Below are positions 12,590 through 22,605 of a stretch of 36,095 bases of DNA, one piece after another. The notes below the pieces were generated by a model. That model worked only from the letters and a program-made list of their open reading frames with translations, searched no databases and was not told the DNA's origin. The number at the start of each line of letters is the position of its first letter. Positions within the stretch are counted from its first letter, which is position 1. The translations under genes and the position numbers were made by a program. Source of the DNA: Octopus bimaculoides (lineage: Eukaryota); assembly GCF_001194135.2 (NCBI RefSeq), contig NC_068993.1, positions 17,534,823 to 17,570,917 of the forward strand. Direction: 5' to 3'.

Positions 12590-13343
12590 NNNNNNNNNNN
12601 NNNNNNNNNNNNNNNNNNNNNNNNNNNNNNNNNNNNNNNNNNNNNNNNNNNNNNNNNNNNNNNNNNNNNNNNNNNNNNNNNNNNNNNNNNNNNNNNNNNN
12701 NNNNNNNNNNNNNNNNNNNNNNNNNNNNNNNNNNNNNNNNNNNNNNNNNNNNNNNNNNNNNNNNNNNNNNNNNNNNNNNNNNNNNNNNNNNNNNNNNNNN
12801 NNNNNNNNNNNNNNNNNNNNNNNNNNNNNNNNNNNNNNNNNNNNNNNNNNNNNNNNNNNNNNNNNNNNNNNNNNNNNNNNNNNNNNNNNNNNNNNNNNNN
12901 NNNNNNNNNNNNNNNNNNNNNNNNNNNNNNNNNNNNNNNNNNNNNNNNNNNNNNNNNNNNNNNNNNNNNNNNNNNNNNNNNNNNNNNNNNNNNNNNNNNN
13001 NNNNNNNNNNNNNNNNNNNNNNNNNNNNNNNNNNNNNNNNNNNNNNNNNNNNNNNNNNNNNNNNNNNNNNNNNNNNNNNNNNNNNNNNNNNNNNNNNNNN
13101 NNNNNNNNNNNNNNNNNNNNNNNNNNNNNNNNNNNNNNNNNNNNNNNNNNNNNNNNNNNNNNNNNNNNNNNNNNNNNNNNNNNNNNNNNNNNNNNNNNNN
13201 NNNNNNNNNNNNNNNNNNNNNNNNNNNNNNNNNNNNNNNNNNNNNNNNNNNNNNNNNNNNNNNNNNNNNNNNNNNNNNNNNNNNNNNNNNNNNNNNNNNN
13301 NNNNNNNNNNNNNNNNNNNNNNNNNNNNNNNNNNNNNNNNNNN
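12590..13343. other. Assembly gap (N run)
   Basis: N run; the ORFs spanning it are artefacts. Confidence 1.
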
Positions 13344-13640
13344 CGAGTCAGTTTAGATGAGATGCAGTTTGGGTTCGTGCCTGGGAAAAGCACCACTGAT
13401 GCTATATTTCTGGTAAGACAGCTTCAGAAGAAATACCTAGCCAAGGATAAACCTCTGTACCTTGCTTTCGTCGACATGGAGAAAGCCTTTGACAGGGTCC
13501 CCGATCCATCATCTGGTGGTCAATGAGGAAACTAGGGATAGAAAAATGGTTAGTGAGAGCTGTGTGAGCCATGTACAGGGACGATGTCAGTATGGTGAGG
13601 GTTGGAAATGAGTACAGTGAAGAATTCAGGGTAGAAGTAT
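13344..13640 (+). mobile_element. RTE-clade LINE reverse transcriptase fragment
   Basis: RVSLDEMQFGFVPGKSTTDAIFLVRQLQKKYLAKDKPLYLAFVDMEKAFDRVP, then a frameshift and WWSMRKLGI..EYSEEFRVEV. Confidence 0.9.
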
Positions 13641-13805
13641 TCTTATTCTAGCAGCTACACTTTCAGCGCACCCTCCCTCACTACTGACTTGGTCACCAGA
13701 AATATAGCATCAGTGGTGCTTTTCCCTGACACAAAACCAAACTGCATCTTATCTAAACTGATTCTCTCCCTAATTAGTTGGGCTCTGACCCTCTCCATGA
13801 CTTAC
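13641..13805 (-). mobile_element. Second, inverted RTE RT fragment
   Basis: Minus strand reads VMERVRAQLIRERISLDKMQFGFVSGKSTTDAIFLV, then jumps to a downstream RT segment. Confidence 0.8.
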
Positions 13806-14336
13806 ACACAAAATATGAAAGGGCTAAGTAATGAACTGGAAAGCCACTATTAGAAAACAGGATTCACAACTGAGTCTTCGAAAATTAATATCATTAAATT
13901 GTTTTGTTATAAACCATAAGTTTCTTGGTTGGAGTATATTCAGAAGATATTTTGTTTGTAAATATTGCAAAACTGAAACATGTTGCAGTTTGTAATGTAT
14001 ATTTACTAATATACATATGCAGGTATAAAAACATACATATATGTACGTACAATATGTGCATGTGTATACAATATATGTATATTTTTATGACTACAGATGT
14101 CTATGTATATGTATTTATATATATCTATATCTATATACACACACATACATACATACACATAGACATGAGGGTGTTTAAGAAGTAATACAAACATTGCATT
14201 ACTTTCTGACTCTTTGTATTAACATATACATACATGTGTGTGTATATAATTATATATATACATACATATACATACATACATGCATGCATATACACACACA
14301 TACACACACACACACACATATATNNNNNNNNNNATA

Positions 14337-14374
<38 letters not shown>

Positions 14375-14466
14375 CATATAAACAATATTATTAAAATTAA
14401 TAATAATATCTTCAAAAATATATGTCAACACAACATTATCAAGGTAGTCCAGATTGGTGAAATTCC

Positions 14467-14840
14467 AACTTTAGTCATCCAGCGAAGTCATCAATAATTG
14501 TATATGTTATTAATTATAATAATTTATCAATTATTATACAATAAGGTTAATTCCTATAAAAGTGTTTAATATAATAAATAAATATGTATTTAATTATCTG
14601 TAATTTTTATTCTTTAGTTATCCAGCAAATTCATCAATAATTGTATATATTATCAATTATAATAATTTTTCAATTATTATATAATAAGTTTAATTCCTAT
14701 AAAAAGGTTAGTATATTGAATGAATAGGTAATTAATTATTGTAATGTAAAGTATCTAAGTTTCTATTAAGCATAACGTAGAATTCTTGTCTGTAGTTTTT
14801 ATTCTTTAGTTATCCAGCGACCTCATAAATAATTGTATTT
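14467..14840. repeat. AT-rich tandem duplication, ~2.3 units of 140-190 bp
   Basis: TTTAGT(C/T)ATCCAGC..TCAT..ATAATTGTAT recurs at ~14470, ~14613 and ~14805. Confidence 0.75.
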
Positions 14841-15699
14841 CATGGAAAAATGCGAGCAAGTGAAATAAAATTCTTAAGATTATAAACCTTGTTATTATAC
14901 TTAGAAAAGTTCAGGACAAGTTATTACATCCAGTAAAGTAGAGAACAAGAAAATTTTTACTTAAAATACTGCAGCTAAGGATAAGATTTCAAATAAGATA
15001 TTTAGATTTAGAAAATATTAGCTTTTCTTAAAACTACAATTTTATTACAAGTTATTACTTCTATTTGTTATTACTTGTTACTTCTATTAAAAAAAAAAAA
15101 CTTAAAATATTTTTTGCACTTGAAAAAATTCATTTTTTTGATTATTAATGAATTATTAGAAATGTGAAATTAGATTATATAAAATAATAGTAGTACATAA
15201 TTAGTTAGTACAATAAATAGAATTATACAAGAATTAGTTATATATTACAGTAAAATCTACCTATAAAAACAAATTCACAACAAAATTTGCTTGAGTTATT
15301 GCCTAAGTTATTGCCGAGTCTTCACATTTTTTAGTCTTGACCCAATGCCTATTTTTTACATAATGAATTTGCCTACTATATATACTATTCTACTTTGCAT
15401 AAAACTTTAGCTATATCGGTACTTCTGGCTCTCATTTTTAAGTATTCTAGTGTGTCAATATTTTAACAAAATGATGGTACCTTTTTTAACTATAATGTTA
15501 CTTTATAAATTAAAATCAAATAAATTTTAATAGTCAAATTTTATCCTTAGCTGCAATATCTTAAGTAAAAATTTTCTTATTCTGTACTTTACCAGATGTA
15601 ATAAGTAGTCTTGCACTTTTCCAAGTGTAATAACTCATCCTGTACTTTTCCAGGTTTATAATCTTAAGAATATTATTTATTTGTTTGCATTTTTCCATG
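14841..15699. repeat. Long inverted repeat (~150-165 bp arms, ~545 bp spacer); possibly a non-autonomous foldback DNA transposon
   Basis: 14841-14989 (CATGGAAAAATGC..TTCTTAAGATTATAAACC..CTGCAGCTAAGGATAAGATTT) matches the reverse complement of 15536-15699. Confidence 0.75.
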
Positions 15700-16348
15700 T
15701 AATCCATGTTTTTTCCAGGCTATGCTATTATACTAATTAATAATGTGTCAGTTAGCGGTGTTATTGATAATTTTTTCCTTACCTCAATGATGCCAGTGAC
15801 ATGTATTAAAAATCCCCTTATACAACTGTATTCATAAAAAGTATAGAACTATATTATCACCCTCAAATTTGAGAAACAAACACCCATAACTTTTTTCTTT
15901 TAAAACTTCATTGTATGAGATTGATACCATGAAATTCCTCGAATTGAGCTCTATCATTTAAGCTGAATTAAAATGTAGTTCGTTTTTAAAATAAAAAAGT
16001 TAATTATACTTAAATCCAATATTTTGCCTTATATTTTTTTTCATATTTTATCTCACAACTTTTTTTATACAGAGTTTTGTCGCATGGGACCAAAACTGAA
16101 TTTCCATATGCTTTCTTTTATCATTGAAGCTAAGATAAATATATTTTATTTTTAAAATAAAAAGAAGTTATTTAGATCTAAACTTGATTGGGGGCGTTAC
16201 TTACTCTCCTATAACGTTGCTACAAATTTTGATGTAAACTTTTTTCTACTGGACTAAATCTCAATTTTTATATGCCAAAATGTAGTTAAGGACCACTCCT
16301 CTTCAAAAATGCTAATGGTTTTCAATATTCTCAAACGGAACTATCAGA

Positions 16349-16830
16349 GTGTGCTATTCTACAACAAGAAATCTTAGTAATATTATATCCTCTATAAACA
16401 ATGTCAAATTAAATCAATTGTGTAATAACAATTTAACTAATATTAACAATAGCTATGGAAGAAATATAACAAACAAAAAACATAACCGTATTTTAAATAA
16501 ATGTACATGTAAAGATAAATCCAAATGTAGGCTTAATAATGATTTCAACCTAGATAACGAAATTTATAAATGTACTGTAACCTCTCATAATAATAATAAG
16601 AAGAAGAAAGAATTATAGGATCCACAGCGAACGAAATTAAAAGAAGAATTTTCCAGCATTATCAATCCCAAAGTAATAAATTTGACAGGTCTAAATAAAT
16701 ACATATGGGAGTTGAAATCTGATAAAATAGAATACACCCTTAATTGGAATATCATTAGTTGAGCGAAGTCATATAGAATAGGTAATAAAATGTGCTTATT
16801 ATGCACAACAGAGTTTATGAAAATACTCTA
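16349..16830 (+). mobile_element. Decayed Penelope-like linker plus GIY-YIG endonuclease
   Basis: KCTCKDKSKC..IYKCTVT..(frameshift)GSTANEIKRRIFQH..NKYIWELK..LNWNII..CLLCTTE. Confidence 0.8.
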
Positions 16831-17694
16831 GTCGAGAGAGGAATTACTGAACAGTATTGAAGAGAGAGGAAAAAAATGCTGACATAAGAATAACTTTACA
16901 TATAATAAAATGAAAAATATATAAAATTATACCCCCCCCCCCNNNNNNNNNNNNNNNNNNNNNNNNNNNNNNNNNNNNNNNNNNNNNNNNNNNCCCCCCC
17001 AGTATGTAATCTCTTAAACAATTATGTGGAAGATAGTTAAATGTGGATTTATATAATAGTATTAGATATGGATATATCAAGAACCAAGAATATATTTAAA
17101 GAATATTACCTTAAAAGGAATAGACAGGCCACATTTAATCTAACATAAATCTCTAAATATTAAACACTAGACAAAAAATCCAGTTATAGCTAGATTTTAG
17201 AGTATCTAGTTATTATCTCCCCTTGAATTCAACCTCTCTAATATTATTAGTCTTAGAGTATTTTTTAGAGTAGTTTATTTTACTTATATTATTCCCATAA
17301 TACTTAGCGCATGACAGAGAGAGCAGCCATTTCCACAGGAATGAGAAGGAGTAAACATTATGTTGATAAGTATTCTTCCTTTGTTAATTTTGTTTACTAG
17401 ATTCATTTACTAGTTTTATTCAATAAATTTATAACGTATATAGAGGTTTTTTACTAAATAATCTTTTTAAATACTATTAACTTACGTTTGACATAAAAAT
17501 GGTAATTTATACTTGTATAAATAAGGGTAAATCTTACACTAAATTATTAATTCCCGTAATGTTTATATAGATAGGTTGTAGAATTTGATGTGTTTATAAT
17601 ATAGTTGTTGAAGGTTTCCTTATGTTTAACATTTTCTATACATATCAGTATTGTATTATTAGGTGTTTAATTTTTAAAAATCCAACAACCAAAT

Positions 17695-18323
17695 TGCAAC
17701 CGACATTTACTACAAACTAACAGACTCAAAACAGTATCTCCTTTTCAGTTCATGCCTTCCTAAACACACCAAAATAAATATCCCATTCAATCTAGCAAAA
17801 AGGATCTGTACAATTGTATCTGACACAACCACTCGGGAACTTCACCTACAAGAACTCAAAATAACACTCATTGAACGTCAGTACCCTTATAGAACATGGA
17901 ATTAAACGTGCCAAGAAATTGGACACAAACACACTAAGGACAACAAAACAAAACACCACACCTTACCTTAAATCACTCCCATACATATCAACCCACAACC
18001 CCAGAAACATTGAAGCATACAACACAATTATACAAAATCTCCCTCTGCTCACTCAAGACCCGAAAATGAACAGCATCCTAAATACACACAAACTACTAAA
18101 AAGCAAAAGACAAGACAAATCACTCAAGAGACTCCTAACAAATGCAAAACTCTACTCAATACAAACAATACCAACAGTTAAAAAATGCAGTTGACCTAAT
18201 TGTGGTGCATGCCCATACCTAACTGAAGGCTTGGAATTCACATTCCAGCAAGGAGAAAAATTCTCAATTAAGACCAACTTCACATGTGCCTCCCAGAACC
18301 TTATATATGTCCTAACCTGCCCA
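17695..18323 (+). mobile_element. Penelope-like RT thumb, Cys-rich linker and start of GIY-YIG (different subfamily)
   Basis: KPTDSKQYL.FSSC.PKHTKINIPFNLAKRICTIVS..LPYISTHNPRN..KSKRQ..KKCS*PNCGACPYL..FTCASQNLIYVLTCP. Confidence 0.85.
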
Positions 18324-18787
18324 TGCTCTTTCCAAAACTAGCACCATAATACCCTCAAGAGTTTCAGACCCCACTTCTCTGATTTCTCTATTGATGTTCT
18401 CCTTCTGTTGCACCATGTAAACCCTCTCTTTGAGGTACCCGCATAAGAAAAAATCCAGGTTAGTTAAGTCTGAGGAACATGAAGGCCAATTGACATTGCC
18501 GTAGCAGGAGATTATTCTCTCTCCAAAGCACTGCTGTAGCAACTGCATTGTTTCTCTTGTGGTATGAGCAGTTGCCCCATCTTGCTGGAACCATGTGTGA
18601 GGTCTACTTTGATATGACCTTCATTGTCCCCAGACTTGATGAGCCCAGATACCTGAAAGAGAGGGTTTACATCAACAAACCAGAGACCCTGGTGCAACTG
18701 AAGGAGAACATCAATAGAGAAATCAAAGAAGTAGGTTCTGAAAGTTATTAGAAATTGGAACTCATCAGTGACTTTTGGGACACCCTG
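18324..18787 (-). mobile_element. Tc1/mariner DD41D (rosa-like) transposase remnant with one TIR and an internal inversion
   Basis: WFQQDGATAHTTRETMQLLQQCFGERIISCYGNVNWPSCSSDLTNLDFFLCGYLKERVY; 41 residues counted between the second and third catalytic D; TIR TA|CAGGGTGTCCCAAAAG ends at 18787. Confidence 0.85.
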
Positions 18788-18837
18788 TATATGTGTGTGT
18801 GTTTGTGTGTATATCTGTGTATTTATACATATGTATG

Positions 18838-18873
<36 letters not shown>

Positions 18874-18944
18874 TATATGCATGTTTGTATATATACCTAT
18901 GACCAATGAAGGAAATATATTATCTTCCATATCAATTATTAATA

Positions 18945-19432
18945 TTTATTAACACTTAATATCAAAAGTGTCAAATCCACATAGTTACACATTACTTCAT
19001 GTGTTTCATTTATGAAGTAAAGTGGTAAGAAATGTTTTAATTTTTTCCCTTACCGCCACAAGCCTAATATAAATTATAATTTTATATTTCATCTCATTTA
19101 CTAAAGCTTGTTGATGTTTTCATCTCAATAAAGTTTATTAATACTTAATGTCAACATTATCAAACCCACGTGGCTTATCACTTTCATCGTAAGTTTATTT
19201 ACAAAGTAAAGTGAAAAGAATTATTTCAATGTTTTCTTATAGACAGACTTAATGTATGTAATAATTCTAGATTTCATCTCATTTATTAACGTTTTCCATC
19301 TCATTTATTATAGTTTATTATTAGTTTAACATCAACATTAGCAAAACCATATCATTTACACTGTGCTTCGTAAGTTTATTCATGAAGAAAAGTGATAGGA
19401 AATAATTAAAATTTTTCATTATAGACACAGAC
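18945..19432. repeat. Degenerate tandem repeat, ~180-190 bp unit, ~2.6 copies
   Basis: Unit start TTTATTA..TTAA..TCAA..TCAAA.CCA recurs at ~18945, ~19135 and ~19315; TTTCATCTCATTTA and AAAGTG also recur. Confidence 0.7.
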
Positions 19433-19602
19433 CTGAGGGGAGTAAAACAGTTTAATTTCTTTTTCTTATTTCCTTTATTATTTCAAACAAATCCCTTTTT
19501 GACTTTTCATTCTAAATTGCTCTATTTGTGTAAAGCGTGGCACAAAAGATACTGCTGTGACTGATATGGGCACAAATAAAACTGTACCAAGGTCATACAT
19601 AC

Positions 19603-19662
19603 CCTCACACAAGGCAGCTACAAATAACAGAGCCAGGATAACCAGGATAGCCACCATTGCCA
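19603..19662 (-). CDS. Candidate 60-nt exon of an unannotated small gene; reads AMVAILVILALLFVAALCE(G) or GNGGYPGYPGSVICSCLV*
   Basis: Acceptor tttaatttag|TGGC and donor GAGG|gtatgt; one frame looks like a signal peptide or TM helix followed by a phase-1 intron. Confidence 0.55.
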
Positions 19663-19775
19663 CTAAATTAAACATTACACCCAGTTTTACTATTGAACAT
19701 CAAAGGCTTATTACAATTCAACAAGAGAAACAAAATTCCATAACTGAGAGGATAAGTAATAGATATAGTACTTAC

Positions 19776-19789
19776 TGAAATCCATCTAT
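19776..19789 (-). CDS. Candidate 14-nt microexon ATAGATGGATTTCA (contains a possible start ATG)
   Basis: ctatgttttcag|ATAGATGGATTTCA|gtaagt; its ATG GAT TTC A joins in frame to the hydrophobic frame of 19603-19662. Confidence 0.5.
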
Positions 19790-19936
19790 CTGAAAACATA
19801 GCTGATTTAGAGATACACATAAACAATATATGTTGCGTTTTATACAGACAATAAAGAAAGACGTCTAGGTGGAGTATATCTTGAAAGATGTGTCCTTAAC
19901 CTTGTTGTTACATTAAAACACACTAGTAGTACATAC

Positions 19937-20004
19937 TCAGCAACATGGTGACATAATATGTACATCATCTTGTACATCATCATATTGGTAAATTTGAGGA
20001 AAGC
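19937..20004 (-). other. Candidate 68-nt exon (5'UTR/uORF or alternative coding)
   Basis: ttctttaatcaatctaag|GCTTTCC...GTTGCTGA|gtatgt. Confidence 0.35.
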
Positions 20005-20080
20005 CTTAGATTGATTAAAGAATTACTGATGAAACTAAATCAATGCACTAGTGTACTTCTGTTGAGTGGTTTCAACTTAC

Positions 20081-20095
20081 CCAATATAAAGTGTC
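20081..20095 (-). other. Candidate 15-nt microexon GACACTTTATATTGG
   Basis: ttctaagattatattgccttcag|GACACTTTATATTGG|gtaagt; branch-point-like CTAA upstream. Confidence 0.5.
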
Positions 20096-20199
20096 CTGAA
20101 GGCAATATAATCTTAGAAATGCCACATCATGAAGAAAACCAAACTGAATCTCTATTTGTTCTCACTAAAATGATGTCCATGAAATAAACTATACCATAC

Positions 20200-20233
20200 C
20201 TGATGAGGAGCAACAACTTGGACCCCTCCTTAA
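20200..20233 (-). other. Candidate 34-nt (or 29-nt) exon upstream of the microexons
   Basis: Donor CATCAG|gtatgg; acceptor only moderate (gttattag| or gttaag|). Confidence 0.35.
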
Positions 20234-20399
20234 CTAATAACATTCTACTCATCCATAATTGAGTCAATCATGAGTCCAACACCCTAACCACTAAGCCACG
20301 TACCTTCACAACCTGAGAAACTTTACCTTAAAAAGGTAAAGTTACCTTCTCAAGGCATGCCACTTCATAAGGACTGCTTTCTCGGCTTCATGGCATATA

Positions 20400-20707
20400 T
20401 ATTCCCCACCTGGACGGGATGCTAGTCTGTCACAGGATTACTCAAGATTGTTTATGGAAGACCGGCAGTCACCCATGCATAACAGCATCCCCTCTCCATG
20501 CCACCGATGTTATCCAAGGGAAAGGCAAGGGTCGATACAGCTTGGCACCTGTGACATCACAACTCATTTCTACAGCTGAATGAGCTGGAGCAATGTGAAA
20601 TAAAGTGTCTTGCTCAAGGACACAACACGTAACCAGGTCAGGGATTCAAACTCATAACCTCACGATTGTAAGCTCAACGCTCTAACTACTGAGCCATGCA
20701 CCTTCAC
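20400..20707 (-). mobile_element. tRNA-derived SINE with a CORE-like central segment
   Basis: Minus strand has A box TGGCTCAGTAGTTAG and B box GTTTGAATCC; central segment (+) GTGAAATAAAGTGTCTTGCTCAAGGACACAAC. Confidence 0.75.
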
Positions 20708-20719
20708 ATAGTTGGGTAT

Positions 20720-21100
20720 GGTCATAAATATTGTCAGGATTTTAGAATTTGCATAAGTAACTGTCTATAAGGGAGGCTGGGTAGGGAAAGACTCCAAATC
20801 AAGATGTTAATTACCAGTTAAAGGGGCAAGATGCTCATAAAACCAATGATGTTAATACGGATGAAATTATCATGGGGTACTATGCATGATTGTATATAGA
20901 CAATATCGTTATGTTGTATAAAGATGAAATTTAAGATTACTAAAAATGATGTTATAACCAGAATAGATAAAATGTGTGTATATACCAATTTTCAACATTA
21001 GAAAAGGAAGATTACATAGAATTAGTTTCATATTCATTCCTGTACTTAACTATTTACTTATTAGGTGGTTTCTATAAAGATTGCTCTGGATATTTACTTA
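20720..21100 (+). mobile_element. Heavily decayed RT fragment, probably Penelope-like
   Basis: GYYA*LYIDNIVMLYKDE at ~20875-20930 resembles a YIDD motif region. Confidence 0.35.
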
Positions 21101-21442
21101 TGGAATACTGGGTTGATAAATCATGCTATCTTTATATTAATTATAAGGTAAAGAATCTGAAAAAAATTGGAAAAAATAAATTGTGCACAGATACACACAC
21201 ATATTTAACTATGTGCACACATGCAAATATACACAAATATTTGCGCTTTATTATGGGTATGCTATAATCAACTCTCATAGATTTAAGTAACTAGAAAGTT
21301 TATATCTGTTTTTAAGAAATTATAGAGAATAATAAGAAAATATATAACTTATTATATATAATACCAGGGGGTAAGATTGTATCAGATATGACACTAAAAA
21401 TTAATTTACATTATCCAGGTTAAAGTGTAGCACCTTTAAATG

Positions 21443-22246
21443 CTAATTTTGAAAATATTTAAATGTATGGGTGACCCTATGTATGCATGATACCCTTAGG
21501 TCTAATCTATTATTAATCAGGTTGCTCTTGTCCCTATACTTAAAAATATCATAAGTTTCCATAGAGCACAGCTCGCACCTGTATTGACTATCTCTATAAG
21601 GTTGCGCTTTTCTTATAATATCCCATTTAAGGCTAAATTCGATTCCGCTTTCCTTCAGTTCCCAAATCTTGCTAGATAAAAACATACAATTGGCCTTATT
21701 TTTGAGCCTAAAAGATGAAAAATGGTTATTAATACATTTTTTCATATTTATTGAACATCCTATATTTACAAAGTTACCAGCTACAGTTGTGATTGTACAC
21801 TTATAGATTACATTTTGGATTAGACATCGGCCTCATAAAGGACAGTGGGATTTAACTCTACAATTGCAACTAGGAGAATTACTACTATTAATATTATTGA
21901 TATTCATATCATTATTATTATCAATATTACTATTAATATTAATCCTACTACTACTATTGTATGTATTATTTACATATCTGGTATTATCTCTCCATCCTTC
22001 AATTGTAGTATCATTCACATTCATCCCAGCATCATCAAGCGTATCAGTAATCCCTGTGCTAGTATAGACTTCAGAACTACAATCTATATTGTATATATTA
22101 GAAGCATTAGTACTGCTATTTCTATTTTCTACATCACCATAAATATTATTATTCACATTGTAGGGGTTTAAGTTAGTGTTGACAGTAACATTATTATTAT
22201 TATTACCATCCCTTGCTAATTTAATATTCTTTTTATTTAACCTCAT
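21443..22246 (-). mobile_element. Penelope-like fragment: Asn-rich linker, CNCRxKxxCPL knuckle and GIY-YIG domain in one frame with one stop
   Basis: ORF 21833-22246 continues in frame after its TGA as GRCLIQNVIYKCTIT..FVNIGCS into ORF 21443-21745 ([24 protein letters not shown]). Confidence 0.85.
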
Positions 22247-22359
22247 CTACTAGGCACTGATGCAGAATGGGTCAAAATGATCGTAGTGACTAATAAAGAA
22301 TCTCATGAATTCTGTTTTGTTTCTCTTTCTCCCATATTTTATATATACATATATAATCA

Positions 22360-22605
22360 TCATCATTTAACGTCCGTTTCCCATGCTAGCATGGGTTGGG
22401 CGATTTGACTGGGGACTGGCGAACCAGATGGCTACACCAAACTCCAATCTGATTTGGCAGAGTTTCTACAGCTGGATGCCCTTCCTAACGCTAACCACTC
22501 TGAGAGTGTAGTGGGTACTTTTTACATGCCACCGGCATGAGGGCCAGTCCGGCAGTACTGGCAACAGCCACGCTCAAATGGTGTTTTTTACATGCCACCT
22601 GCACA
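22360..22605 (-). mobile_element. RTE-type 3' tail / short retroposon
   Basis: (CAT)nTTAACGTCC..CATGCTAGCATGGG..CAGCTGGATGCCCTTCCTAAC; same family as 25598 and 31496. Confidence 0.8.

Noticed and set aside
12571-13396. 261- and 270-aa ORFs
   Set aside because: Almost entirely N-gap; only the ends touch Penelope- and RTE-derived sequence.
19557-19778. Plus-strand 73-aa ORF
   Set aside because: Antisense shadow of the minus-strand exon cluster; no supportive plus-strand splice structure or homology.
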